From a virus, in IMG/VR virus record IMGVR_UViG_3300046777_001715, positions 32,001-96,000 of that record: DNA of 64,000 nucleotides; one strand, given 5' to 3'. The notes below the pieces were generated by a model that saw only the letters and a list, made by a program, of their open reading frames with translations, was not told the DNA's origin and searched no databases. Below, piece by piece: positions 17,804-27,900 of the stretch (position 1 is its first letter; the number at the start of each line of letters is the position of its first letter). The position numbers were made by a program, and so were the translations under genes.

Positions 17804-19132
17804 ATGAACATTGAAAAAACAAATTGGTCTAGTAATGGCAATCGCCTGTCTATAGGCGTCCCATTTAGCAAGGTCAATAAAGAAAATAGAACTGTTTCAG
17901 GTTTTGCTACATTGAACAATGTAGACCAAACAGGCGATGTTGTCACAGCGGAAGCGAGCCTTAAAGCGTTTGAAAACTTTAGAGGCAACATTCGTGAAAT
18001 GCATCAGCCAATTGCCGTAGGCAAGATTTTGTCATTTAAGTCAGAGACATTCTTTGATCCAATCTCAAAATCATTCTATGATGGAATTTGGGTGAGTACA
18101 TACATTTCAAAGGGTGCTCAAGCAACTTGGGAAAAAGTGCTTGATGGCACTCTTTCTGGTTTCTCTATTGGCGGCAGAATTAATGATGCAGACACAGAGG
18201 TAAACAAGTCAAACGGTGAGTCTGTAAGATTTATTAAAGATTACGATCTTGTCGAGCTTTCTCTTGTAGACTCTCCAGCAAACGAACTTTGCAATGTTCT
18301 TTCAATTGAAAAGGTAAACGGTCAATTGGTATTTAAAGGTCTTGCAGCAGAAACATTGGCGGCTAATGTATTTTTCTGTTCATCAGACAACATCGTTGTT
18401 TCAGAGACTGTTGAGTCTCGTGATTGCACAGCGTGTGGCAATTCAATGGAGATTATTGGTTGGGTTGAAAACAATGAGGTTAATAAGGCGGACGCAGTTC
18501 GTTACGTATACGAACAACATATAAATAAGATTTCTAGTTCTGCAAATGAACTTGAAAACAACACCGAAGTAAATAAAGGAGGTACAACAATGTCAGAAGA
18601 AACAACAATGACAGAAGAAACAACAGTTGATGCACCAGTCGCAGAAGCAGTAGCAGAAGCTCCAGTAGCAGAAGCACCAGCAGCAGAAGAGGCGCCAGCA
18701 GTTGCAGAAGAATCAGCACCAGCTGAGGATTCAGTTGCCGCCGATACCGCAGGAGAACCAGCAGCAGAAGCAGCTTCAGAAGAGCTTGATTTTGCAAAGA
18801 TGCTAGGGGACCTTAAGGGCTTCTTGTCCGATACACTTAGCAAGGCAGCAGAAACAAATGCAGCACAGGTTGCAGAAGTTAAAAACACTGTGGAGTCCTT
18901 TAGCAAGAGTGTTGAAGCAAGAATCGTCGATTTGGCAGAACAGCACAATAATTTAAGCGAGACCGTAAAGGGTATTCGTGAAACAATCGGTTCAGTAGAA
19001 AAAAGAATCGACGCAGTAGAGGGCGAGACTGCAATTAAGAAGTCTGCTGACCTTGGCGGGTCAACAGAGTTTGTAAAGAAATCAAAATGGAGCGGCGCTT
19101 TCCTCGGTTCCGTGAACGACATTCTAAATTAA
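17804..19132 (+). CDS. Prohead maturation protease fused to scaffold
   Basis: VSGFAT..NVDQTGD, REMHQ, GFSIGG and ELSLVDSPAN (HK97-type protease), then an acidic A/E/P linker and a coiled coil. Confidence 0.85.
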   Translation: MNIEKTNWSSNGNRLSIGVPFSKVNKENRTVSGFATLNNVDQTGDVVTAEASLKAFENFRGNIREMHQPIAVGKILSFKSETFFDPISKSFYDGIWVSTYISKGAQATWEKVLDGTLSGFSIGGRINDADTEVNKSNGESVRFIKDYDLVELSLVDSPANELCNVLSIEKVNGQLVFKGLAAETLAANVFFCSSDNIVVSETVESRDCTACGNSMEIIGWVENNEVNKADAVRYVYEQHINKISSSANELENNTEVNKGGTTMSEETTMTEETTVDAPVAEAVAEAPVAEAPAAEEAPAVAEESAPAEDSVAADTAGEPAAEAASEELDFAKMLGDLKGFLSDTLSKAAETNAAQVAEVKNTVESFSKSVEARIVDLAEQHNNLSETVKGIRETIGSVEKRIDAVEGETAIKKSADLGGSTEFVKKSKWSGAFLGSVNDILN

Positions 19133-19152
19133 AAAGGCAGGTGAAAAAATAA

Positions 19153-20202
19153 ATGAGCAATGAACTATTAGAAAAGGCAGTAGCAGCAAATACTACTGTA
19201 TCTACAGGCATGAACGGTGGATCCATTACAGGATCTGGCATTCACGTCGGAGCTACCCAAACAGGTGGTCTCCTCAACCCAGAGCAGTCAGCTCGCTTTC
19301 TAGATTATGTATTTGATGCAACCGTTATCGGTAAAGTAGCACGTACAGTTAGAATGAAGGCAGACACAACTGAGATTGATCGTATCGGAGTAGGCGAGAA
19401 GTTGATGAGAGTCGCTTCAGAAGCTGAAGATACAGGATCAAACGCAGGCGTTACATTCTCCAAGATTTCTTTGACCACAAAGAAGCTTCGTCTTGATTGG
19501 GAACTCTCAACAGAGTCTCTAGAAGACAACATCGAAGGTCCAGATCTTGAAGATCATATTGCACGTCTTATGGCAACACAGGCAGGTAACGACATTGAAG
19601 ACCTAGTCCTCAATGGAGATTCCTCACTATCATCAGATAACCTATACAAGGCATTTGATGGTGTTGTTAAGAGAGCAAAGGGCAATGGACATGTTGTAGA
19701 TGCAGCGGGAGCTAATATCTCTCGTGCAGTATTCAACAGCGCACTTAAGGCACTTCCACGTAAGTACAAGCAACGTCGTACAGACCTACGCTTCCTTGCA
19801 GGATCTAACCTTATTCAGGACTTCCTATACCAGCAAAGCATTGGTACAAATCAGACAATCCCACAAGATATCGCATCAAGCGTTATCCGTGGCGATGTGG
19901 CTCCACTTGGTGGACCAGCTGGTTATGTAGCACCATTTGCATTCGGTATTCCAATTGTTGAAGTTCCACTTCTAAAGGAAACTCAAACTGGTACACATAC
20001 AGGTGCATCAGGAGATCATGGTGACATCCACCTTTCATTCCCAAATAACGTAGTTATTGGAATTAAGCGTGATGTAACTGTATACAGATTCTTCTGGCCA
20101 CGTAAGGACTCAGTTGAGTACACACTCTACACTCGTGTAGGCGTTCAGATTGAACAAGCAGATGCTTGGGTAGTCGTAAAGAACGTTAAGGTAGCTTCTT
20201 AA
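19153..20202 (+). CDS. Major capsid protein
   Basis: GGLLNPEQSARF ... LSTESLEDNIEG ... GIPIVEVP; HK97-fold position; followed by a terminator. Confidence 0.92.
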   Translation: MSNELLEKAVAANTTVSTGMNGGSITGSGIHVGATQTGGLLNPEQSARFLDYVFDATVIGKVARTVRMKADTTEIDRIGVGEKLMRVASEAEDTGSNAGVTFSKISLTTKKLRLDWELSTESLEDNIEGPDLEDHIARLMATQAGNDIEDLVLNGDSSLSSDNLYKAFDGVVKRAKGNGHVVDAAGANISRAVFNSALKALPRKYKQRRTDLRFLAGSNLIQDFLYQQSIGTNQTIPQDIASSVIRGDVAPLGGPAGYVAPFAFGIPIVEVPLLKETQTGTHTGASGDHGDIHLSFPNNVVIGIKRDVTVYRFFWPRKDSVEYTLYTRVGVQIEQADAWVVVKNVKVAS

Positions 20203-20219
20203 TTTAAGGAATTACTATT

Positions 20220-20252
20220 AAAGACCCCTGGAATTTAATTTCGGGGGTCTTT
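20220..20252 (+). terminator. Rho-independent terminator after capsid
   Basis: AAAGACCCC...GGGGTCTTT stem followed by a pyrimidine-rich tract. Confidence 0.75.
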
Positions 20253-20269
20253 ACCTTTTAACATTCAAA

Positions 20270-20278
20270 TGCTATAAT
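20270..20278 (+). promoter_or_regulatory. Extended -10 promoter TGCTATAAT
   Basis: Upstream of SD AAGGAG and ATG 20301. Confidence 0.7.
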
Positions 20279-20300
20279 TAATGAGAACAAAGGAGAATGT

Positions 20301-20699
20301 ATGTCATTCACGACATTAAAAATTGCTGAGCTTCGTCAAATTGCCGAAGATTTTGCAGTTGATTTACCAAACTCAAAGAACAAAGCGGAAATCGTTGCAG
20401 CCCTCGCAGAAGAAGGCGTTACATGGGATGTATACCAAAAAACAATTAAAAATATTGAAGAAGAAGCAGTAGAGATGGAAGAGGTCCTTCCAAAGTTTGA
20501 CCCAAAGAAGGAGCAGCCAGAGAATACTGTTCTCGTAAAGATGACAAGAGCTAACTTTAGATATGACGCCCTTGGATTCACATTTACAAAGGAACACCCA
20601 TTTGTGGCAATGCCTTCAGAGCAAGCAGAAGAAATTTTTGAAAAAGAGGAGGGTTTTCGTTTAGCAACAGCAACAGAGGTTCAAGACTTCTACGCTTAA
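20301..20699 (+). CDS. Hypothetical protein with N-terminal Rho_N/HeH-like motif
   Basis: LKIAELRQIAEDF.V......KAEIVAAL. Confidence 0.6.
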   Translation: MSFTTLKIAELRQIAEDFAVDLPNSKNKAEIVAALAEEGVTWDVYQKTIKNIEEEAVEMEEVLPKFDPKKEQPENTVLVKMTRANFRYDALGFTFTKEHPFVAMPSEQAEEIFEKEEGFRLATATEVQDFYA

Positions 20700-20711
20700 C
20701 GAAAATTTAAA

Positions 20712-21704
20712 ATGGCAGAATTATATGTAAACAGTAACGGAGCAATTCGTCAAAAAATTTACTGGGGAGGTCAGCCAGTAGATGCAGACGGAAACGTAAC
20801 CGTTACTGTTTACGATATAACCGAAGATCCAGCCATTAGCCCATCAATTAATCCAGCAGTGGCAATTGGAACATATACTGCTACTAACCTAGAAACAGAT
20901 AATGGCAACTATGAGCTGGTTATGCCTTTTTCAATTACCTCTAGAAATAGAAAGTTAAAACTTGTTTGGTCGTACCAGGTTCAAGGAAACGCTGGTTCAA
21001 ATACAACTCATGTAGATGTTGTTACGCCGTATGTAAATATTTCAGAAGCAATAGATGCTCTTGGAATTGGCGTTGACCCAAGCGATGAAAATTACAAGTC
21101 ATACGAAGAGCTAATGCTTGCAGAAAAATATGCAAGAAAGCTAATTGAAAGCTATACAAATGATTTATTCTATACTTATGATGATGCTGTTACAGTATAC
21201 GGCGGCGGAGATGATTCATTACAGACCCTTTATAAGGTTAACGAGCTTCATGAAGTGTATGCAAATGACATATTGTTAATTGACAATCCAAACAATGTTA
21301 ATAATATTGGATACGATTTAATTCCAGTTTCTAGCGGATATGGAATTAAGGTTGATCGTGGAGCGGCTTTAAATAGAGACAACACAGTCTATCTTGCAAA
21401 CGGAATGGTTTCTCCAACCGTGTACGATATCGGATTTCAAGGGTTCTTTCAAAAAAATGTAGCATATAGAATTCAGGGTAAATTTGGCTGGGACTATGTT
21501 CCAGACGAGGTATCAATTGCAACAATTGAATTGATGAAAGATTTCTTTAATAAAGATACTCAATGGAAGCACAAATACGTAAAAAATATACAGACATTTG
21601 ACTGGCAATTTGAATTTGACCCACAGGTCTATAATGGAACAGGAAACTTTTTTGTAGATAATATCCTTTCTGGATATGTTATCAAGCAGATGCTGGTGAT
21701 CTAA
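20712..21704 (+). CDS. Head-to-tail adaptor
   Basis: A..LIESYT ... GKFGWDYVPDEVSIATIEL; gene position. Confidence 0.7.
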   Translation: MAELYVNSNGAIRQKIYWGGQPVDADGNVTVTVYDITEDPAISPSINPAVAIGTYTATNLETDNGNYELVMPFSITSRNRKLKLVWSYQVQGNAGSNTTHVDVVTPYVNISEAIDALGIGVDPSDENYKSYEELMLAEKYARKLIESYTNDLFYTYDDAVTVYGGGDDSLQTLYKVNELHEVYANDILLIDNPNNVNNIGYDLIPVSSGYGIKVDRGAALNRDNTVYLANGMVSPTVYDIGFQGFFQKNVAYRIQGKFGWDYVPDEVSIATIELMKDFFNKDTQWKHKYVKNIQTFDWQFEFDPQVYNGTGNFFVDNILSGYVIKQMLVI

Positions 21705-22132
21705 TGAGCGTAGACCTAGTTGGCTCAATTCTGTCAATGAAGGCAGATGTTTACTCTCAGATGGATTCTCAAGATGAAGACACTGGCGCACTCAGAAAAA
21801 CTTGGGCTTTTACAAAAACAGTCTCGTGCTTTGCCAAGGGAAGTATCAGCTCTACTGGTGGTCGTGGGTCGGATAAACAAAAGTATGCAACCAGATTTAA
21901 AGACACTGAGGCTATTCAAATTCGTGTAGATCAATTTGTTTCGCATAGAGATAAAATAACTAATATTAGAAATAATGAAGGCAAGGTTATTTGGTTTGAA
22001 TTAAATTATCCAACGAATACGCCAACAGTATTTGAGATAGTTGGGAATACCCCAATTACTGATCCATTTGGAAATGTGCTTGGATATAATCTTTTAGCAC
22101 AGAGATCGGAGAATCAGACAATTGGCGAGTAA
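21704..22132 (+). CDS. Head closure/stopper protein
   Basis: Position and size. Confidence 0.55.
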   Translation: MSVDLVGSILSMKADVYSQMDSQDEDTGALRKTWAFTKTVSCFAKGSISSTGGRGSDKQKYATRFKDTEAIQIRVDQFVSHRDKITNIRNNEGKVIWFELNYPTNTPTVFEIVGNTPITDPFGNVLGYNLLAQRSENQTIGE

Positions 22133-22916
22133 TGCAGCGGCTCTACAGTCAGCTTCTAACGCCCTAGGAGGCCTTATGAGAGGCTCAAAGCCGTCTGGGG
22201 TCATAGACCATGGGGGAACTGTCCAAAAAATTTCTGCGGCCCTTTATTACCAAACACAAGTAATGTCACACATGGTAACAGAAGCAACAATTCAAGAGGG
22301 TTTTGTTAATAGGATATATAATCAGATAAACAAAGATCTTGGAAATTACATTGATATGCAGGCAAGATCAAAGCCAAAATATCTGCACCATGTTTATGAG
22401 TGGGGAAAAACTGGAGAAAAGTCTGGCAGATTGTTTGAATTAACAAAAGAAAATAAAGGCGGATTTAATTTTTCAATGTCTTACAAGTTTAAGATGTCTA
22501 AAACATCAGTTCCAAAACAATCAACTAAAGGAAAGAATTACGTATTTAAAAATAAAGCATTTGTTATGGAAGCTGGAAATCCAGTTTTAATTACCCCAAG
22601 GACTCCAAGCGGAAGACTTGCTTTTGTTATAGACGGCAAAAATGTTGTTCTTCAGCCAGGCAGATCAGTAAGGGTGCAAAGCCCAGGAGGTAAGTACGTA
22701 AAGATGGGATTTGGAAACACATACAAATTCTTTGTCCGTGGAAACCTTATTCAAAATTCAATTAAAAGCTCTGGCGTGGAGCAGGCATTCCACCTTGTAA
22801 CCAGACAATCTATGATGTTGCCACCACTGGTAAGAGCAAAGGCTTATAGCTATTCTCCAGCATCCGTAAGAAATCTTGCACAGGCAGCAGTTCAAACAAA
22901 CGGGAGGAACATGTGA
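22122..22916 (+). CDS. Neck/tail completion protein (basic)
   Basis: Lies between stopper and terminator; LHHVYEW motif; TTG start. Confidence 0.5.
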   Translation: MASNAAALQSASNALGGLMRGSKPSGVIDHGGTVQKISAALYYQTQVMSHMVTEATIQEGFVNRIYNQINKDLGNYIDMQARSKPKYLHHVYEWGKTGEKSGRLFELTKENKGGFNFSMSYKFKMSKTSVPKQSTKGKNYVFKNKAFVMEAGNPVLITPRTPSGRLAFVIDGKNVVLQPGRSVRVQSPGGKYVKMGFGNTYKFFVRGNLIQNSIKSSGVEQAFHLVTRQSMMLPPLVRAKAYSYSPASVRNLAQAAVQTNGRNM

Positions 22917-23425
22917 TGGCAAACTATAAGCTAGATGCAGTAAATGAGCTTAGAAAATTCCTATGGAACGAATTTAAAGAGGCAGAGATTTTTGATGAGA
23001 CAGACTATTACTCAGACAATATAAATGAGACCATTGTCCCGCTTATCCCAGTTCAGCAATTACCAGAGCTCAATCAATTCTTGAGCGGGAAGAAGCACAT
23101 AGTCTATGATAAAACTGGAATTACCTATGATGATACATGGCTTATATGCAATGAGCAGGTTATGTTTACCCTATATTCAACAGACATCTCAGAAATCAAT
23201 GAAATGAGAAACTTTATCATTGATTTATTTAGAAGATCAGACGAATCTGCCAGAGATATTAACAATTTTATTGGAAATTCTTCAAAGTTTAGATTTCATA
23301 CTGTCTATATTGGAGATATTTCACCAACTGCCCCATCAGATGAGGTCCTAGGGTTCCTTTCTACAGATGTAATAGTAGAAATCAAGTATTCTAGGGATGT
23401 ATCTGTCAGTGGCAGGTTCAACTAG
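22913..23425 (+). CDS. Tail terminator-like protein
   Basis: Acidic 170-aa ORF directly before the tail tube gene. Confidence 0.55.
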   Translation: MMANYKLDAVNELRKFLWNEFKEAEIFDETDYYSDNINETIVPLIPVQQLPELNQFLSGKKHIVYDKTGITYDDTWLICNEQVMFTLYSTDISEINEMRNFIIDLFRRSDESARDINNFIGNSSKFRFHTVYIGDISPTAPSDEVLGFLSTDVIVEIKYSRDVSVSGRFN

Positions 23426-23427
23426 CC

Positions 23428-23456
23428 TTGCTTTATGAACCAATTTGGCCTATTAT
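23428..23456 (+). promoter_or_regulatory. Promoter TTGCTT-17-TATTAT for the major tail gene
   Basis: 17-bp spacer, intergenic. Confidence 0.55.
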
Positions 23457-23529
23457 TGTACTAAGAGGAAACCCGCCTAGCCAGCATTGATTTTACAAAA
23501 ATTTTTAACTTTCCAGGAGGTGGAAATAA

Positions 23530-24171
23530 ATGGCATTTGAAGCTAAGAATATTATCGTTGGAGCAGCACCTATGTTCCTATCAAAGAAGGATTCAACAGA
23601 ATCAACTTACGCAACTGTTCTTCCAGAAGGATCAAACGTAACAGCTAACACATCAATCTACGACCCAGCAACCCGTGAACTCACAGGTGCACTAGGTACA
23701 GCTTATGCAAACGTTGGTTACACAAATAACGGTCTTCAGATTACTTACAACCCAACATACGGTTCAGTAACAGTAGATCAGCTTCTTGATACAGCAAAGT
23801 TGTTCAAGGAGTCTATGGAAGTTATGCTTGCAACTGAATTCACTGAAGCAACACTTGAGAACGTTCTTAAGGTATTTGGTCAGGGAGCAGCAACTCTTTC
23901 AAACGACGCACTCGGATTGGAAGCAGGAGCTCTTGGACAGGAGCCTACAGAGCGTCAGCTAATCGCTGTCGGTCTTGCACCACGTTCAGCAGCTAACAAG
24001 AAGCGTGAGCGTGTATATTATGCACGTCGTGTACTTTCTGTACAGCAATCACAATTCACACTAGCACGTAACAACCCAACAGTATTTCCAGTAACCTTCC
24101 GTCTTCTTCCTGATGCAGCATACGCAGGGGCAGAATACGGTAAGATTATTGACCGTTTGATTGAAGCGTAA
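23530..24171 (+). CDS. Major tail tube protein
   Basis: NIIVGAA ... VGYTNNGLQITYNP ... VDQ ... EATLENV ... PVTFRLLP; strong SD and downstream terminator. Confidence 0.85.
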   Translation: MAFEAKNIIVGAAPMFLSKKDSTESTYATVLPEGSNVTANTSIYDPATRELTGALGTAYANVGYTNNGLQITYNPTYGSVTVDQLLDTAKLFKESMEVMLATEFTEATLENVLKVFGQGAATLSNDALGLEAGALGQEPTERQLIAVGLAPRSAANKKRERVYYARRVLSVQQSQFTLARNNPTVFPVTFRLLPDAAYAGAEYGKIIDRLIEA

Positions 24172-24200
24172 TTACAATTAAATAACAATTTAATATTGAG

Positions 24201-24232
24201 AGCAGACCCCCAGAAATGGGGGTTTGTTATTT
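24201..24232 (+). terminator. Rho-independent terminator
   Basis: AGCAGACCCCCA-GAAA-TGGGGGTTTGTT followed by ATTT. Confidence 0.75.
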
Positions 24233-24258
24233 GCTTATGCTGGTATTTTTGCTATAAT
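24231..24258 (+). promoter_or_regulatory. Promoter TTGCTT...TGCTATAAT
   Basis: Extended -10 at 24250-24258. Confidence 0.7.
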
Positions 24259-24284
24259 GATAAGGACGATCCTAGGAGGATAAA

Positions 24285-24617
24285 TTGGCAACAACAGTGT
24301 ACGACGTACAAGAAATTGAACTACAAAATGGCGCAAAGGTGAAGTTAAAGCCACTCACAATTAAGGAACTTAGAAAGTTCATGACTGTCATTCAGAAGAC
24401 AGCAGAAGTTACAGGAGAAGACGATACTCTAAACATTCTTATTGAAGCATGTGGTGTCGCACTAGAGAAGCAGCTACCAGAGCTTGTCGCAGACAAAGAT
24501 GCATTTGAAGATGCGTTGGATGTTCCAACCATTAATCGCATTCTTGAAGTTTGTGGCGGAATGAAGATGGACGACCCAAATCTTCTGGCGGCAGCAGTTC
24601 TGGCTGGTCAGAACTAG
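24285..24617 (+). CDS. Tail assembly chaperone (gpG-like)
   Basis: TTG start after SD AGGAGG; lies between tail tube and tape measure. Confidence 0.8.
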   Translation: MATTVYDVQEIELQNGAKVKLKPLTIKELRKFMTVIQKTAEVTGEDDTLNILIEACGVALEKQLPELVADKDAFEDALDVPTINRILEVCGGMKMDDPNLLAAAVLAGQN

Positions 24618-24955
24618 ATCTAGCCGCCTTAGAAGCGCAAGTTTTTCTAATTGGTAAATGGAAAAACTTTGAAGAGTTAGAAGATAGTCTTTCTATGCCA
24701 GAGCTTGTACAATTATTAAAGGGTATAAGTAAAAAGGAAGATGAAGATAGAAAGTTCCAAGCTTCATTGCAAGGAATAAATCTAGGGGAGGATGCAACGG
24801 TTGAGGAAGAAAGTGAACACCCAACTTTTGAAGAGATTCAGATGAGAGCACAAGGAATCAACGGACTGCAAAACGATATCATCGGACTTCGTGGTCAAGC
24901 CGCTGCAACAAAAGGTTTCGGTATAAATCAAGGACTGGGGTATACCGAGGAGTAA
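24575..24955 (+). CDS. Tail assembly chaperone extension (gpT-like), reached by -1 frameshift
   Basis: In-phase slippery heptamer C CCA AAT at 24575-24581. The -1 frame is open to 24955 and has no credible start of its own. Confidence 0.8.
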   Translation, partial: PKSSGGSSSGWSELDLAALEAQVFLIGKWKNFEELEDSLSMPELVQLLKGISKKEDEDRKFQASLQGINLGEDATVEEESEHPTFEEIQMRAQGINGLQNDIIGLRGQAAATKGFGINQGLGYTEE

Positions 24956-24958
24956 TAA

Positions 24959-27900
24959 GTGGCAGAGAATATTAATACTAATATAACCGCTAATGCTGAT
25001 TTTTCTGGCTTAATAAGTCAGATACATAAAGCAGTATCACAGCTCACACTTTTACAGCAAAAATTAGGGTCTTCAAATGTTGCGCTTACTCAACAGATTG
25101 CTGCAACAAACAATGCTTTTTCAGACGTACTTAGAAAAAGCAATCAATTTAATACCCACTTTGTAACACTAGCAAGTGACACTGAAAAGTTTGGCAAAGC
25201 TTTAGATTCAGGAAAATTAAAATTAAGAGATTACTATCAGCACTGGCAGCAATACCATCGCCAGGCTGGTGGTATGATCCGTGATCTTGCTAAGCAACAG
25301 ACAGCTCTACAAAACGCAATTGTTCAGCCAATGGGAAGAAACCAAAAGGGACAAATGCAGTTCAATGTTCATGTTCCAACTGGAATTGACGAGCTGGCCA
25401 ATAAGACAAAACTTGCAAGAACCGAAATGTCTATCCTTAATAAGGTTATGCAAGATGGATCAAACAGCTTAATTAACTGGGGTAAGAATACGCAGTGGGC
25501 TGGACGTCAGCTGACTGTTGGCCTTACGGTTCCAATGGCAGCATTTGGCGCTGCAGCTGCTAAGGCTTTTAGAGAAGCAGATCAAGAGCTGGTAAGACTT
25601 ACAAAGGTTTACGGCGGACTTTCAAAAACTTCAGACGCAGAGCTTGGTAAAGTAAGAGCAGATGCAGTTGCAACAGCAAGAGAGCTTTCTTCAGCATATG
25701 GTGTTTCTTTTAAAGAGACATTGTCTTTAGCAGCAGATATTGCTGCTACAGGAAAAACAGGCAACGAGCTTTTGGGTTCTATTCGTGAAACTACAAGACT
25801 TACCGTGCTTGGTGAAATTGACAAGCAAGAGGCAATGAAAGCAACTCTTGCAATTCAGAATGCTTTTAAGCAGAACACAGACGAGCTTGCAAAATCAATT
25901 AACTTCTTGAACGCAGTAGAAAACCAAACATCTACAACACTTGAAGATTTGGTTGAAGCAATTCCTAGAGCAGGTACAATTGTTAAAGGTCTTGGCGGCG
26001 GAGTAGAAGATTTAGCTTTGATGATGGTGGCGATGAAAGAAGGCGGAGTTGATGCAGCTTCAGCAGCTAACGGATTAAAGTCAGCACTTGGTTCTCTTAT
26101 TAATCCAACAAAAGTTGCAAAAGAACAGTTTGCTGGATTTGGAATTAATTTAACTCAAATTGTAGAAGGAAATGCTGGCAACATTACAGCAACAATTATG
26201 GAGTTGCAAAAGGCGATGGAAAAGCTTAATCCATTGCAAAAGCAACAGGCCATTGAAACTCTTTTTGGTAAGTACCAGTTTGCTCGTATGGGAGCTTTGT
26301 TTGACAACCTAGGAAAGCAAGGAAGCCAGACACTACAAGTATTAGATTTAATGAAGGCAAGCACAGACGATCTTGCTCAAGTAGCAGGTCGAGAATTAGG
26401 GATGATTACAGAGTCTGCTTCTGGTAAATATAGAAGAGCCCTAGAATCTTTGAAAGCAGATTTAGCAACAGTTGGAGAACAGTTCTTAGGAATTGCAACA
26501 GGCCTTCTTAATTTTGCTAATGGGGTTGTAAACGCATTTAATAAAATGCCAGAACCAATTAAAAAGATGGTTACTTTATTAGGCGGACTTACAGCAGTAG
26601 CTGGTCCAATCATCATGTTGACTGGTGTATTTGCTAACTTCCTTGGATATGTGATGAAGGGCTTTTCAGCAATTAGAGCTTTCTTTAGTCACGCAGAAGG
26701 ATTTAAATTACTTACTCCAGAAATGATGGCAGCTAATCAAGCTGGTACATTAGTAGAAAAAACATTTTATTCAGATGCAACAGCCGCAAAAGTTTTAACA
26801 ACCGCATTAAACGGAATGCGTTTAGAAATGCAACAAATTGCAACTCTATCAAGAAGCGGTACGGTTACAGCAAAACCAATTATCGCAGGTGCAGCCGAAG
26901 GAGTCGGCATTGCTTCCTATGACTTTGCACACTATAACCCTCAATCTAAGTTATCCGAAGAAGCAAGACTTGCACAGACATTCCACACATCAGTTCCTTT
27001 AGACCCTTCAACAAATAAAAAGATTGGTCAGAATCCACAAATGATGGCAATGCCTGGAACAACTCTTCCAAATGTTCCTGGTCTTACAACAATCAATGGC
27101 GCAAGCACAGCAATTAATGCTAAAGAGGCAGCAAAATGGCATACTCAAATGACCGTTATGGCAATGCGTTCAAAAGATGAAATTATGGCAGTGGAAAAGA
27201 TTATTGATTCAACTGGCAAGTTGCCAGCAGAATTTATGGCAGACTTTAGCCACATTCTCCCAAAGATGGAAGCAATTACTTCAACAGCAGCTGCGTCAAG
27301 TGCTCGTGTAGCGGCAGCAGCACAAGCTGGAATACTTACAGTAGAAAAATCACAAGCAGCACTTACAGCAATCAATGCAAAGATGATTGAAAGAATGAAT
27401 GCTTTGTCTATTGCTTCTGGTGTACCTTTAGATAGAATGACAGTTGTTCCTGGAACAGGAACTACAATTGCAACTGGTACAGCAATTGATAAAAATACAG
27501 ATTACAATATGCGTTCAACTCTTCGCTCAGGCGCAGGAAGAGCTGGATCAATTACAAGTAAAATTGCTAAAGCAGTAGGAACATCTGTAAGAAGAATCAA
27601 GTTTGCAACTGGTGTAACAGCTTTAGGCAAGTTCTTGCCTAAGTTTACAGACATGAGAAAAGCAGCAGCTGCTGCAAAAATGTTAAGAGAATATTCCACA
27701 AGATCTGGTGGAATTGGTGGAACAAGAACTCCAAACTTAAGGCCACCAAAGCCTGGTAAGCGTGGAAGGAGTGGTGCTTCAACTGGAAAAGCTAGCGAAT
27801 CTGGCATGGGAACATCCTTTAGAGACTTTTCAAAAAGAGATAGCGATTTGTATGAAGATTCTTGGTGGAAGGAAGTTGGTGTAACTCCTACAGCTAAAGG

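Noticed and set aside
18502-19122. 206-aa minus-strand ORF, and the other minus-strand ORFs in the track
   Set aside because: They are antisense shadows of well-supported plus-strand genes with biased codons, and have no SD or recognisable motifs.
24551-24574. Independent TTG start for the second tail chaperone ORF
   Set aside because: No SD; the in-phase slippery site explains its expression.
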